Origin: Camelus dromedarius
Taxonomy: Eukaryota
Length of the DNA stretch: 64,000 bases
Direction of reading: 5' to 3'
Assembly: GCF_036321535.1 (NCBI RefSeq)
Contig: NC_087437.1
Coordinates: forward strand, 55,492,001 to 55,556,000
In this document: positions 26,655 through 39,779 of the stretch, one piece after another
Layout of the letters: every line of letters starts with the position of its first letter
Numbering within the stretch: position 1 is the stretch's first letter
Made by a program: the position numbers and the translations under genes
The notes under the pieces: model-generated
What the model saw: only the letters and a program-made list of their open reading frames with translations
Told to the model about the DNA's origin: nothing
The model's database searches: none

Positions 26655-28190
26655 AGATCCTTTACATTCTTAAATAAATTTCAGAATCATCTTTCAATTT
26701 TTTAAAAGAGCTTGCTGAGAATTTCACTGGGATTGCAGTAAATTTAAAGATCAATTTGGGGACAGAGAATATGAACACTGTTGAGTTTTCCAATCCATGA
26801 ATATTATATATCTCTCTGTTTTTTTTTTTTTAGACTGATTGATTGATTGATTTTTATTTCAGCAATTTTTTTTTTTAGTTTTTAGCAACGATGTCTTGTT
26901 AGATGTATGCCTCTATATTTGAGAGATTTGATGATACACTAAATGGTATTTTTAGAAATTTAAAATCCAGCTATTTGCCACTTTTTTATAAGAAGACAAT
27001 TTTTGATCTGTTACTTTGTGCCCTGTGAAATTGGTAAGTGCACTTATTCTAGAAGTATTTTTGTACATTTCATTGTGCTTTTAATGTTAATAATTATGTC
27101 ACCTATGAATAATATTTTTATTTTCTTTTTTTCAGTCTTTATTTCTTCTTTTCTTTTTCTTGCCTTACTTCACTGGGTAAGATTCTCACTAAAAAGTTGA
27201 AGGCAAGTGTTGAGGAGTAATATGACCCTCTTGCATTCAAGTCCTTCACAATTAAGAATAATGCTAACAGTATATTATTTTGTAGATGCCCATAGTCAGA
27301 TGGAAGAAGTTTTCTTCTATTGCTGGCTATTGAGAGCTTTATCATAACTGCTTGCCTGCACCTATGGAGATAATCTTATGATTATTCTCCACAGTCTTAT
27401 TTATATGATAAATTGCATTGATTGGTTTTCTTATTAAACCAGGCTTTTATTCCTGAGTTACAAGCCACTTAGTCATGAGGTATTTATTGTCTTTAAAAAA
27501 TATTATTGGATTGGATTTGCAAGTGTTTTGCTAAAATTTTTTATTTTTGGTCATAAGTTTGTTGTTCCATAATTTTATTTTCTTGTAATATCTTTGTAAG
27601 ATTTTGATATTAGGATTATGCTTATCTCATAAAATAATTTGGAAAGTGTTTCCTCCTTTAATTCTGCAAAACTGATATTATTTCCCTTTTAGTTGTTTAC
27701 TAGAATTCACCATGAAGCCATCTGTGACCAAACTTCTCTTTGTGGGAAGGTTTTTGATCAAGAATTCAATTTCCTTAATAGGTATATGAGCATTCAGATT
27801 TCGTATTTCTTCTTATGTTTATGTGAGTAAGTTGTGTTTATCAAAGAATTTGCCCATTACAATGTCAAAATTATTGGCATAATGTTTTTCATAATTATTT
27901 TTTTTGTCTGCAGTGATTTCCCCTCTTTTGCTATTGATATTACTAATTCGTTTTCTCTATCTCATTTTCTGAGCAGTTCTGCTAAAGTGCTTACCAAATA
28001 ATCAACTTTTGCCATTGTTATTTTTTCTTATTTGTCCAGTTTCTATTTTATTAATTTCTATATTTAGTTTTTACTTTTATTTTTCAGTATTTCCACTTTT
28101 TTTAGTTCGTTCTTTTTCTAGAATTTTTATGGTAGAAAGTTAGCTCATTGATTTTACACCTCTTCTTTCTTTCTAACATGGCTATTTAAA
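26655..28190 (-). mobile_element. Ancient L1 ORF2 (RT region) remnant
   Basis: ataaatttcagaatcatc...ttcactgggattgcagtaaatttaaagatcaatttgggg...ggaagaagttttcttctatt...tagaattcaccatgaagccatctg. Confidence 0.85.
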
Positions 28191-28229
28191 ATAATAAATA
28201 AATAATTTTTTTATTCCTCTTTCTATTCC

Positions 28230-29150
28230 CTTTTCTTCCTGAACCATCCAGTCCAAGGAAAGTCTGGTGTTTGTATTGGTAAGAGAGGAAAAACTATAGT
28301 GCCCCAGAGTGAGATGTGAGAGCCTAACTAGTGTGAGAGGCGTCCAAGTGCAGGTCTGGGAGCTCAGCACACAGTGTTGGAGACCAACGGGCGTGAGGAG
28401 TGTTTCTGCATGTCGAGAGAGGGACAGCGCAACATGCAACACTGGAGTCCTGGCAGGGGGAAGTGGGTGCACGTGCCAGCAGTGGGGGAAATTTTTGATA
28501 TACAAGGGGTTAATGAAATAAGCAAACCTATTAAGTATAATGGGAGCCAGGTGCTTCACTGTTAGAGAAGGGAGTTGCAAATATGGACAAAATGAAACTA
28601 TGGTGTTAGATTAGAACTGAAGGTATCAGTGTGAACTCATGATTTTCAGTATAGACAGATAAATAGATACAGAGACAAACACATTAATTAATAGCTATAT
28701 GAACATAGGTGTAAATGAGTGTGGGTGTGCATTCCCTAGCTCTGTTCACCAGGAGGGCTCGGGAACAGAGGTAGGCTTATATAAATGAGCACAATCATCA
28801 CTTAGATTTTGATTTTGAAATATAATTCTCCACTAGAAGAAACCAGAGATCTTTGAAGGAATGGCTGCTTCTATGGCTTGGGCAGGGAAAACACAAGATG
28901 AGCCTGGAACATTTTGTAATGCTGAAAAGTAAAGAAATATTCTTAGAATGATGGGTTCATGTCAAAAGGCCAGAGGAGGTAGCTTAAAGGGGTTCCCATT
29001 GGCAAAATCTAGGTTAATTTAAGCACCCAAATGAATAATCAGATTGGCTAATGACCATGTAATAAAATACAAATCTATGAACCCAGAAAAATGTAAATAA
29101 ATGGTAAATGCAAAGTTTAATGTCATATAAAGTATAAAATTTAAAACAAT
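28230..29150 (+). mobile_element. L1MC/L1MD-type 3' UTR
   Basis: ataatgggagccagg...ctgttagagaagggagttgcaaatatgg...aggtatcagtgtgaactcatg...acaagatgagcctggaacat. Confidence 0.7.
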
Positions 29151-29434
29151 GCAAAATGTGCTAAAGCACTTATACTAACAAAGCTTGTGGTAAAGAAATA
29201 TGTAACAGTAAATCTTTGGATTTCACCCTTTGGTTATACTTTAAATATCTTAAATTTAATCTCCATTGTATTCAAGTAATATTATATTTAATACACTTTA
29301 TAAAAAATTATGATGTAATATAACTTTAAATGACATATAAATAACATATAAGCAATGGTTATCTCTAAGAGATAGGAATTATTTTTAACTTTACTCTTTC
29401 AAATTTTCTCTATTAAAAAATAAGCATGTTCCTT

Positions 29435-29957
29435 TGTAGGCACCTGTGTGTTTTCCCAGGCAACTTTAACATTTTTAAGCTTCCCACCTTAGGGAGTAAC
29501 TGAGTTGGAATTTTCTGAGCTTCTCCACATCTATTCTCCATCATCTTCCACCCAACACTGTGACCTATGAGGCTGACCTTTAGATGTCACTGTCTAGGAT
29601 CTCATGTGCTGAGTCTTCCAAATGGATTTAGCCAATGGGAGGCATCATTGGAGATTGAAGGGAAGGTGTTTGTCTTGCTGACTAGTTTTCCATAAGATGA
29701 GGGTTGGGCAGTGTTTCCCATCTGTGACTATCCCTCCTGTCAGCCACGGCTGCTCTGAGTGACCTTCCCCTACAGCTATAGGTCACACCAGGTACTGGTA
29801 ATTGCTTCTTCCACCTGCCCCTTGATGTAATCTGGGTACTTTATCATCCCTTATTGTTTTACCTAAACATGGTCCACAGTTTTGTAAATTGCTTTTCATT
29901 AAACTCTCTTCAACAACAGTGTGCCATCTGTTTTCTGCTCAGACTCCAACTGACACA
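29435..29957 (+). mobile_element. LTR33-like (ERVL) solo LTR
   Basis: gaggctgacc...ttagccaatgggaggcatcattggagattgaaggg...tttgtaaattgcttttcattaaactctc...gtgtgccatctgttttctgctcagactccaactgacaca. Confidence 0.75.
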
Positions 29958-30739
29958 GTATCTACTGACTCCTATGAAAATTACACTTCCTCTCACCATT
30001 GACTCACAAATTTGTAGATCTTAATTTCCTGTTACCCTGCTAGATAGCTTTCTAATTCTAAATAACAGACTGCAATTTCTCTTTCTTTATTTATACATTT
30101 TAGATATCCATTGACTTCCCAAAAGGAAAGATGAATAATTTAGCACCCCTACAGTTCCTAAGGGAAGGGATTTGTCAGACGGGAAGGAGCTGGGCATTCT
30201 TAACAATTGTTAACAACAACAACAAAAAAATCATGTTAAAACTGCTTTTGACCTTGTTCCTTCAATTCTAAATCCTCCATTTCAGTTGGAATTTTATTTT
30301 CTGATTATGTATAAAAGTATATAGCATTTTAAAAATAGTATTTTAGATATGATATATAGTACATATCAAATGTTTTTCCCACAAATATAAAATGTATTAA
30401 ATAACAAAATAATTAGAATACAGAAGTATCTTAAGAAATAGAGTCTATCATTTAGATAACTCTGGCCCCCTTCTGTAGGTAACCTTACTAGGAGGTAAAG
30501 ACCTTTCTTAGAAACATGCTCTTTTCATATTGAAATACGTGAGCAGCCATATGTAGAAATCTGTTACCACAGAATTCAACAAAGCACAGAGCATGTGTGC
30601 TAGACCTGGGTTAAATAGTGGATTGAATAGAACTCTGATTCCTTTGAATTCCTCAGCTATTGCTGTTAACTGTGATCAGTGAGCTGGGGCACTGTCAGTT
30701 GGAGGAGCATGTATCTCAGACGTAGTCTGTCTACAGGCT

Positions 30740-30975
30740 TCCTCAAATAATGGCAACGCCATCCTTCCAGACCCTCAGACTGAATACCTTCAGGTTGTTC
30801 TTGACAGCTCTCTTTCTCTCACCATTACACGCCATCAGTAAAGAAATTCTGTTGGCTTTTTCTTCACAATGTACACCAAATGACAGAGGAGGTAGATAGT
30901 ATTGTTTTAATTTTATTTGGAGACTGAGGAGATTCAAGTAGGTTAAGTGTTCTAAGACTAAAGTCACATAGCAAA
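30740..30975. mobile_element. L2 fragment (+) followed by a MIR fragment (-)
   Basis: aatggcaacgccatccttccag...ttcttgacagctctctttctctcacc; gagactgaggagattcaagtaggttaagtg. Confidence 0.6.
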
Positions 30976-32519
30976 AATGTATTCTGAAATATTAGAAGAT
31001 GTAAACAGGAAGATAATCAGCCATACAGATTCCTCCCTGACCTGCAAATCCTACTTAGTGTCACATCAAAAATATTTGTTATAATGTTTGACTATGCTTT
31101 ATGTTGATGAAGGCATTTTCTTATTTAGAAAAGCATTTCTTTTTTCTAACCATGGGAGTCTCAGGAACTGAGTTTATGATGTTTGAACCTGTTCCTGAGC
31201 TTCACTGTTGGCATTTTCAATTGCTCTTTTATTGTACTTTTACCAAGATACTGATGCTAAGAGTTTTGTGTTTTGTGTTTATAAGTCTATTTATATGGAT
31301 TATAAATGGGTGAGGTTTAATTTTTTTAAAAAAACTTTATAAAAATACTCTAGCATCAGCTTACATTAGCTGTTATTACATTGAATATGACCAGCTTGAG
31401 AACATATTTCAGGTGTGTCTATGATAAAGGCAGTTCTCACTATCCTTCATTTGTTTTGTGTGTTTGACTAGTATTTTTGTGATTGGGATTGTTTATATAA
31501 AATCCCTTTGTCATCCCTGAATCACTCCACATTTGTTTATTTTTATCCTTTCAACTTGTTTAAGTAAAGGGAATAATCAGATAATGAGTCTATCTCCTTT
31601 ATTTTGGGACTAGGTTGAAGCTCTAGTAAAGCAATTTTTTTTTTTCCTCTCTCTCTTTTAATTGAGGATCTGGACAAATAAAAATGAGAAAATGCCAAAG
31701 AGACAGCATGGTAGGAATTCAACAAAGCAAAAAGAAAAAAAAAAACCTTTAAAAAAGTTTTAAAATAATGTGTCAATAACCAGGTAGTTTTAGAAGGCAT
31801 TAAAATAAGGAAAAAACAGCTTATGGAAATAAGAAATCTGTTGACAAGAACTTTGGGGCAGTCAGATCTGTCTTTTGTAGTGTGTTTTGTTGGTGTGGAG
31901 TGAGTCTCAAGAGTTACATAAGGCAAATTACAGGACATCTGATCGTTGATGTAAGGTGTAGTATGAAGGCAGAGGAAGAGTCTGGATTACTTCTGCATTA
32001 GAGGTTTATGTTTCCTAACTCTTAAATTACAAATGGGACAGTGGGGTAATGGACTTGGTATAGGTACTTGAATTTGGGGAGTTTTAGTTTGGCTCTATAA
32101 GGACTAGCTCTGCTACCTTGGAAAAGTCATTTCCTGTCTGTAGGGCTCAGGTTTTTATGTGGAAAAAAAAATACTAGTCCTTTAATTTATCTTTCTTATC
32201 CTACTTCTTTTCAGCTGACAAGTCTTCAGATTGGCTGAACTGTCTGAACTAAAATGGCAGAAAACCCTATCTGTAAATGTTTCAATGCTTCTAATGTAAT
32301 GCATATTTTTGGAAGTGAGTAAGACCCAAAGTATTTTGGTTCAGCCTTGCCTGTTAAGGGATATTATAACTTTCAAAATAGCATATTATTTTGCTAAAAT
32401 AGCATAAATAATGTTTATTTAAACATCTAACTCTCACCTTTTATCTACAAATTCATGTGATAACCCACAATTAAAAATATGAAGTATGTTACAGTATAGC
32501 ATCATACTCTGTACCATAG

Positions 32520-32685
32520 CTATGAATTATTGAGCATCTAGTGTATGCCAAGAATTTGACACTTCATATACAATTTCATTATAACACGTTTGTAAAGTGT
32601 AATATTATCCTCAGTTACAGATAACCCTTAGAGATATTTAGTGGTGTAAAAGATCACACATGCTAATAAATGACAGAAATTATTC
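32520..32685 (-). mobile_element. MIR SINE
   Basis: ttattgagcatctagtgtatgcca...attatcctcagttacagataa...aagatcacacatgctaataaatgacagaa. Confidence 0.65.
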
Positions 32686-35334
32686 TATATTCTAATTTTT
32701 AAAAAATGTCTTTCAGATATGAATTAACATATGAATTTGGCTGACATTAAAGTATGTATTCTTTTCTGTAAACTAAATTGATAAGAACACCGGTCAGAAA
32801 TCCCATTATTTTTCTCTAATAATGTACACTATCACATTGAGCAAAGCATTTCCTTCCTCTAGATCTTGGTTATACCCTAAATGGGTAGGATTAAACCAGG
32901 TGATCTATACTTGTCTCCATAGTCTTAACATTAAAATATTAATGCTCTGAGCTTGTATCCCTTTTTTCTCTCTCCATGCATGTGCAAGTTATCATGAGAC
33001 CATATTTTTCAGCATTATGTTGTGACTTTTACCCCTAGTGTTTCTTTTTGACTCTTCCTCCATTCATCCAGGTAGGCATTCTTTATATGGCCTCAAGGAA
33101 GAGATGACAAAGCAGAAATAAAAAAGAAGAATAGAGCTAGCCCTCGGCTTTTGAGTTTTGAAAGTCTTAATTTCATGGGGCTGAGTAAGAATCACATGCT
33201 TAAAATCAGATTATAGAGACAGTGGAGTGGGAGGGAGAAGAGAAATGCTTTTCATTCTGGAGACTTCAGCAGATCCCTTGGGTTGTAGGGAAAAAGAGAG
33301 ACTGTGCTGATGTGGTAAGTGGGGACCTCAGAGGGTCCAAACTGATCTCGAGTGGCACAGAGAGTAGCAGCATCAGTAGCTGAAGACCTCCAGGTCCCAC
33401 CAATGCACGCACGGTAAATCACGTAGAAGTTGAATGAGAGCCACAGCCACCCACTCAGTTTTCATTAGATTGAGGAATGCATGCTGCCTGGGTTAAGGAG
33501 TTTTGTTACCTGTCTTTCTTACTGGCATCCAGCTAACAAGACAGCAGCGAGCAAGCTGCCCCACTGGCTGCCCAACAGGAATGTCATCCCGCCTGACACT
33601 TTGCTTATTCCCCATCTGACTTGCCCCATTAACAGACACTCATTTTAACGTGCCAGAATGTTCATAAGTGCTCTGGATAGAGAATTAGGTCAGAAGAAGA
33701 AGGACAGAGCAGCATAACAGACAAGGCTCCTCCCCTCTACAGTCAAACGCTCTCACTTGTGCATGGGCAGCCAGCTCTTGGTCTTCTCCACAAATTGGTT
33801 CTGTTAAACACACCTTGTAAAAAATAACTCCTGTGTGTTAAACTAGAATGTATTAAGAATCCCAAATAAAGTAGATTCCCCTTAAGGAATGAAACATAAT
33901 ATCTGAAGCATGTTCCTCCATAAAGAAAAATTATTTTGGATGGTGGGAAAACACCCAAGGCATTGTTGCCTACCGTAGTATTTACATCCAAGACTGAAGC
34001 TGTTTTTCACACATTTAATTAAGCTTCATGGGATCTCAAAGCCCTGAACTTTATTTACCGCCAATATCAATTCACTTCTACCCAGGACAATGTGTGGTAA
34101 AAGGTAAGGTTCATTAACTCTCATTTCTAAAAGAAAATGGAAAATCAGATGAAAATATGTGCCAGAGTCTCATTATTTAACTATGAATTTTAAAAGGGAC
34201 ATCCCTTGATATTTAGGTATCACTGGTTTTGCCCAAGTGCATTCATTAAACAGTCTTTGAATACTTACATGTGCGTGTGGGTTTTTTCCAGAAAATATCC
34301 CATGATGCATTGTTCACAGATGGCATTTGCTAATAACTTGACTTCTCAGGTAAGCATAAATATATGTAATTCAAAAAATCAAGCACAAACAGTAACCATG
34401 ATCAGAGAACTTACAATTGTCATAATTACTCTTTATTTAAAGTACTGCTGGTGATGTGTACATATTGTATTGAAGGAGCAAGATGAGATCTTCGCAAAAG
34501 AGAAAAATCTATGTGTTTTGAAACACTCTGGGATTAAGATGTTGGCAGCTAAGACATTTGAATGTCAGCTCGTGGTACAGTCTATTATCCACACAATGCG
34601 TTTTCATCCGAGTTCACTATTCAAAGTGGCTAGTTGATGGTTAGAACATTGGCAATAGCTCCAGTTAACTTTTATGTTCCAACCAAGAAATATTACCGTG
34701 ACATTCTTGTCTCAACAACCGGCAAACAAGTGGTCTTCACCTTCATCCAGTTTCCCACCTGCTGCTCCATTATTCATCAAACATTTATTGATTACCTGTG
34801 AGAGTTCCTTGTCTGTGGTGCAGTGAGATTTCGAGGTGAGTGAGACATGATTTCTGCACTCATCTACATTCAAATGACTCTAGCCCTGTAGGGGAGAGAC
34901 AGGGACTCTGAATCATATGAGATAGAATATCCCATTCAACCACTGATTTGTATAAACTTGATGTTTTTTGCTGTGATACCAGATATTTCTAAGAATTAAA
35001 TCTTTCATCAAATAATAAACAGTGGCTAATTTTATTCAAAAATATGTGTGATGAACTAGCATGTATCAAGTTTCGGTCAAAACTGAAGACAGGGCCCTTA
35101 GTGAGCTGACAGCCTGATAGCTAAGGAAATCATTAGTAATGTGCCACAGACTGTGTGGAATGCCAAAGTGGAATCTTAAATATGTTTTGAATAATAGTAG
35201 CATTATTAAAATATCTATAAACTGCTAAAAAGACTACTTTGAATGGACAAAAATAAATCTATATTTATTTAGAAATATGATCTATGGTCTGTTTTGAAAA
35301 AAAATGACAGTATATCAAGGTACAAAAGACATTG

Positions 35335-35460
35335 TCCTTGGAATCTTGAGTTCTGGCTTCTAGCCCTTCTCTTTGGGGACTCTTTTCCACTCCAGACCTT
35401 AGCCTTCTGTTCTGTAAAATGAGGATGTTTGACAGATTAGTCTCTAATGTCTGGGCCATT
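35335..35460 (+). mobile_element. MIR/MIR3 fragment
   Basis: cttgagttctggcttctagcc...ccttagccttctgttctgtaaaatgaggatgtttgacagattagtctctaa. Confidence 0.6.
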
Positions 35461-37779
35461 CCGATAAATACAACTGTATAGAAATCACAGAGTTGACTTC
35501 TTCAGTTGTCCATCTGCAAGGTCAATGGTGAAAAAAAAAAACTGACCATGTTGGTCTAAAATGACAGGGCCAGCTGTATTAAGAGCTTCGTAAAATGAAC
35601 TGAGAAATGGAACTTAGAAACCAGAGGGACTTCCCAGGGAGCTGGTGAAAATCCCTTCTTCCCCAGAGCCCGGTTTCTAGCTCCCATTTCAGACGTAACA
35701 GTTTTAATGGAAAGAAAGGCTCCTGAAATGAACCTGTTTGTGACGGCAAATTCTTTAGGATCCAGGACATCCTAATCCCTTGACCTGAGGCTGTACTGAC
35801 TAGAGGGATGAGGGTATTTGATGTGAAAGGTGAGACATCCTGAGCTTAGAGTCTCGAGGTGATATCACTGGTCGGCTCCTTGCTCATGAGACCTCAAGCA
35901 ACTTCTGTGCCAACACACAGGGGAGATTGTCTCCTTCTTTGGTTTGTGATAAGTACTGGACGATCACATCAGCTCTTATCACAAACAAACTACGGAGAAA
36001 ACAAAACAGCTGTTTGTTTGCCTAATGTTTTCCCTTGAACCTCAATGGACTATTGCAGAAGGGATGGTCCAGATACACACGCCACTGCTACCAGCTTTCC
36101 TATGGGAAATCATAGCCCCAAAGGATGAGCTGTCTTCTGTCTGGTCTACCTTATTTCTCCAACTATTGATTTGCGTTAACCTTGGCTAACTCTTACTGTT
36201 ATTTTTTCTGATGGATGTAGATCATTGGGTTGAAAATTTATATTCCTGATATTTTCATTTCCTTGCTATAAAAAAATTATTCTATGGCTGTTTCCACCAG
36301 AACCAGTTTTACGGACAATTAGACACAGAATGAATAGAAGAGAGATGATTTTCTTATATATTTGCACTGGAGAGCATCCTGTCTTACGTTTATATGGGAC
36401 TTTGGTTATGATTGGTCTGGTGCATGATATTAATGGGGCAGACTCTTCACTATCTAGTTCTCAGACATGCCAAAAAAAAAAAAAAGCTTCCTAAGCATTA
36501 GTTCTCTCAATGCAAAGTGAAATACACGGTGAACTTTACTCCTCCCACAGAGCAGCAGTGATGTAACATTCCTTGGATTATCAAAAGACCAATATATTCT
36601 CTTTTTATTTATGTTTTTCTAGCCAAATATTCTTTCTCGTGTGACACAGGAGACTTTGCACTATACAAAGGTTTTTGTCACTAGAGGGAGATGTAATCAC
36701 AAACTCCCTTGAGCAGGTTGGAGTCCATGGGACAGATGGAAAAGCACATGAGCCAGGAAATGACATGGTCCTATATCCTGCCAGAAATCTCGGTGGAACA
36801 GAGCTGCAATGGGTATCTGATGTTAAGCTCACTCGCTGGTATTCTGATGGCTACTCACCAGAAAACAGCTCATCCATCCAAACCTGCAAGGACATCTCTA
36901 CTGAAAGACTGGCAGTCTTAAGGGACCACAATTTCCATCTGTGTTTAAGTAAACACCTGTTACTGTTAGATGTCATAGGTTGTCAAAAGCCTAGGCTACT
37001 TAATAGTATCATGAAATATAAATATTTTAAAGAATATTTATAGCCCCTGTAAATACTTTTCTCCTTAAAGAAACAGTCTGGAATGTCAAAGGAGAAGGAA
37101 ATTTATAGGTTATATAATTCCCTCCCCTCAATTTATAGATGAAGAGACTGGGTCTCAGAAGAAATTTGTTCAAAGACCCTACTTGACAGCTACTTACTGA
37201 ACTAGGATCTAGGTCTCCTCACTCCTAATTCAATGTTCATTTCACCACCTTCCTTTCCACATTTCTTGAGCACCTACTATTTGCCCCAAGTTGTGATACA
37301 AAGATGAGTGAGAGCTGTCTTTGACCTGAAGGAGCATTTGACTTAGTGGAAGAGGAGGCAGAAATACAGTAACAATTATCAGAAGACTATGTCAGTTTCT
37401 ACAGTGGAGGGACACACAGAGGCCGTGTAAGGAGTCACACGTGGTTGGGTTGTATGCATCCCAAATACATACTGTGAAGGAAATTTTCATTCAAGTTCCC
37501 TCTCCAAATATTGCATCTCTAGATACTCTTCCTGTGAATTTTTATCAATTTTAAACATATTAGCAAGTGATGTTCAATGAAAAAAAAAGTGTATAAAAAT
37601 ATAGGTGATGTGTCATTCTACTTATATAACAAAGGACATGTGTACAGAAATGAAAGTGGAAGTAAATAGAATGTTAACAGTACTTGGTTTGAGGGCTAAA
37701 ATTATGGATGACTTTTACTTTTCTGTCTTTTTATTAATTATTATAGAAGTAATAGCTGCATATATTTTATTATAAAAAT

Positions 37780-39040
37780 CAAAATATGAAACTTAGAATT
37801 ATAAAAAATTTAAAAGAACATGTAGAATATGTTGGTGATATTGGAATTAGGAAGGATTTTATAAACAAGCCCCAGAAAGTACAAACCATAAAAGAAAAAT
37901 ATTGATAGTTTGACTACATTAAAATTTAAAGCTTCCTTATGGCTGGACTGTGTGAATAACACCAAGTCAAAGACTGAAAGAAGACTCTTGCAACTCAAAT
38001 AAATGATAATGGATGATGAAAACCATGTTCAGAATTTATAAAGAACTTTTAAAATTAATGAGAAAATGTCAGATAACCCAATAGAAATATGACCAGATGT
38101 TAAATATAGGAATTTTGAAGAAAGAGAAAACTGAGAGGCCAATAAATATCTGAAACTCCTCTAGCAATCAGAGAAATGTTAATTAAAATCACAGTGAAAT
38201 TCATAACCATCAGACTAGTGAATTAAAAACTTGGAAAACAGCAAAGATTGATGAGGATGTGGTAAAAGGAAGCTCATATCCTGGTAGTGGGAGAGCAAAT
38301 TGAGAAAATCACCAGCAACACAAATTGACGATATCAAATAAATTGGAAATACTGTATTCTATGACTGAGAAATCCATTTCTAGGAATATTCTTTTAGAGA
38401 AATGCTCACATATCTACATGAAGAGATGGGTTTAAGAATTATCATTATGATAGAATCTGTAAGACTGAAGTTGGGATAACTTAGATGTCTATCAATTAGA
38501 GAGTGGATATATAAACACAGTGAAATTCTAGGCAGTGATTAAAATAAATGAAATTAATCTTCATGTATTAAGATGGATAAATATCAGAAACATAATGTTG
38601 AGGGTAAAAAGATATAACTGGGTACATACAATCTATTAGCATTTAAATTTTTAAAAACTAGTAAAATCTACTATTTATATGTGCTTATGTAAGTATTAAA
38701 CTTACAAAGCATATGATGGGCAGAGTATATATTAACAGCAGAACAGATATGATCTCTAGGAATAAAAAGCGGGGATAGAATTTTAGGGAAATGTAGACTA
38801 AATTTGTTTCATGAGCTTTTTGTTTTTCAGCATTTTTATGTCTTTGAAAACATGCTGTATTTCTTAAAGAATGATTGTACTTTTTCTCCACAAAATGTGT
38901 GTTTATTTCTTTAAAATTCTGAAACCAATATGGCAAAATATAACAACATATAAATCTGGTTGGTATTCATATGTATTCCTGTTAATTATTTTCCATATTT
39001 TTGAATTTTAAATATTTCATGACACAAATTAAAACATTAA
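37780..39040 (+). mobile_element. Ancient L1ME-type ORF2 3' part and 3' UTR
   Basis: aggaaggattttataaacaagccccagaaagtacaaaccataaaagaaaaatattgatagtttgactacattaaaattt...gatgaggatgtgg...aaacataatgttgag. Confidence 0.8.
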
Positions 39041-39099
39041 AAAATCAAGACATGAAGGATAATGACAAACTAACAAACTGTAAGAAAGTTCATTTATGA

Positions 39100-39390
39100 A
39101 TCTTTTGGAATATTGAACACTGACTGGATATTTGATGACATCAAATGAGCAACTTTAAAAATCTGGATAATTATCTTGTATATGAAAATATTTACAGATA
39201 ATATTATGTCTGAGACTTTCCTCAAAATGATCTATGAAGGGTGAAAATGGGAAGAGCAGAGATATAATCAGATTGGCTTGAAGTTGATAATTATTAAAAC
39301 TGGGGGATGCATACAGTGGGGGTTCATTATTCTAGTCTCTCTACTTTCCCACAATAAAAAATAGAAAAATAAATTCAGTTTAAAAAATAG
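39100..39390 (+). mobile_element. L1MC-like 3' UTR fragment, same family as 9950-10610
   Basis: tgaacactgactggatatttgatgac...aaatatttacagataatattatgtctgag...gttgataattatt...gggggttcattattctagtctctctacttt. Confidence 0.75.
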
Positions 39391-39779
39391 GAAAGTCATA
39401 GAAGAAAAAAAAATTGGTACAGCTTTTATTTCCCTTTTAATCAACACCACACTGTTGTCAATTTCTGACCTATTCCCCGAAGTCCTTTACGCACTTGTAC
39501 CTGTAGAAATGGAAACGTAAGCTTCTTTCACATGTTAGCGCACTGAACATATTCTGTAGCTTCCTTCCCCTCACAAACATCTGTTGGAAATCCACCTATG
39601 TCAGTACAATTGTCCCCACATAATTATTATTAAGGCTGCATTAAACTCCATAGAAGGACATAATATATTTTCTAACTGATTAAAAGGTTTTTTAATCTAA
39701 TTTGAAATTTTATGAACATACTGCAATTAATATCCTTTTGTAAATGTTATGGACATACTTTTAAAGACTTAATTTTAAA

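Noticed and set aside
26655..29150. Opposite-orientation old L1 pieces as a second twin-priming event
   Set aside because: The arms are not adjacent in L1 (RT region versus 3' UTR, a large gap) and no TSD is visible
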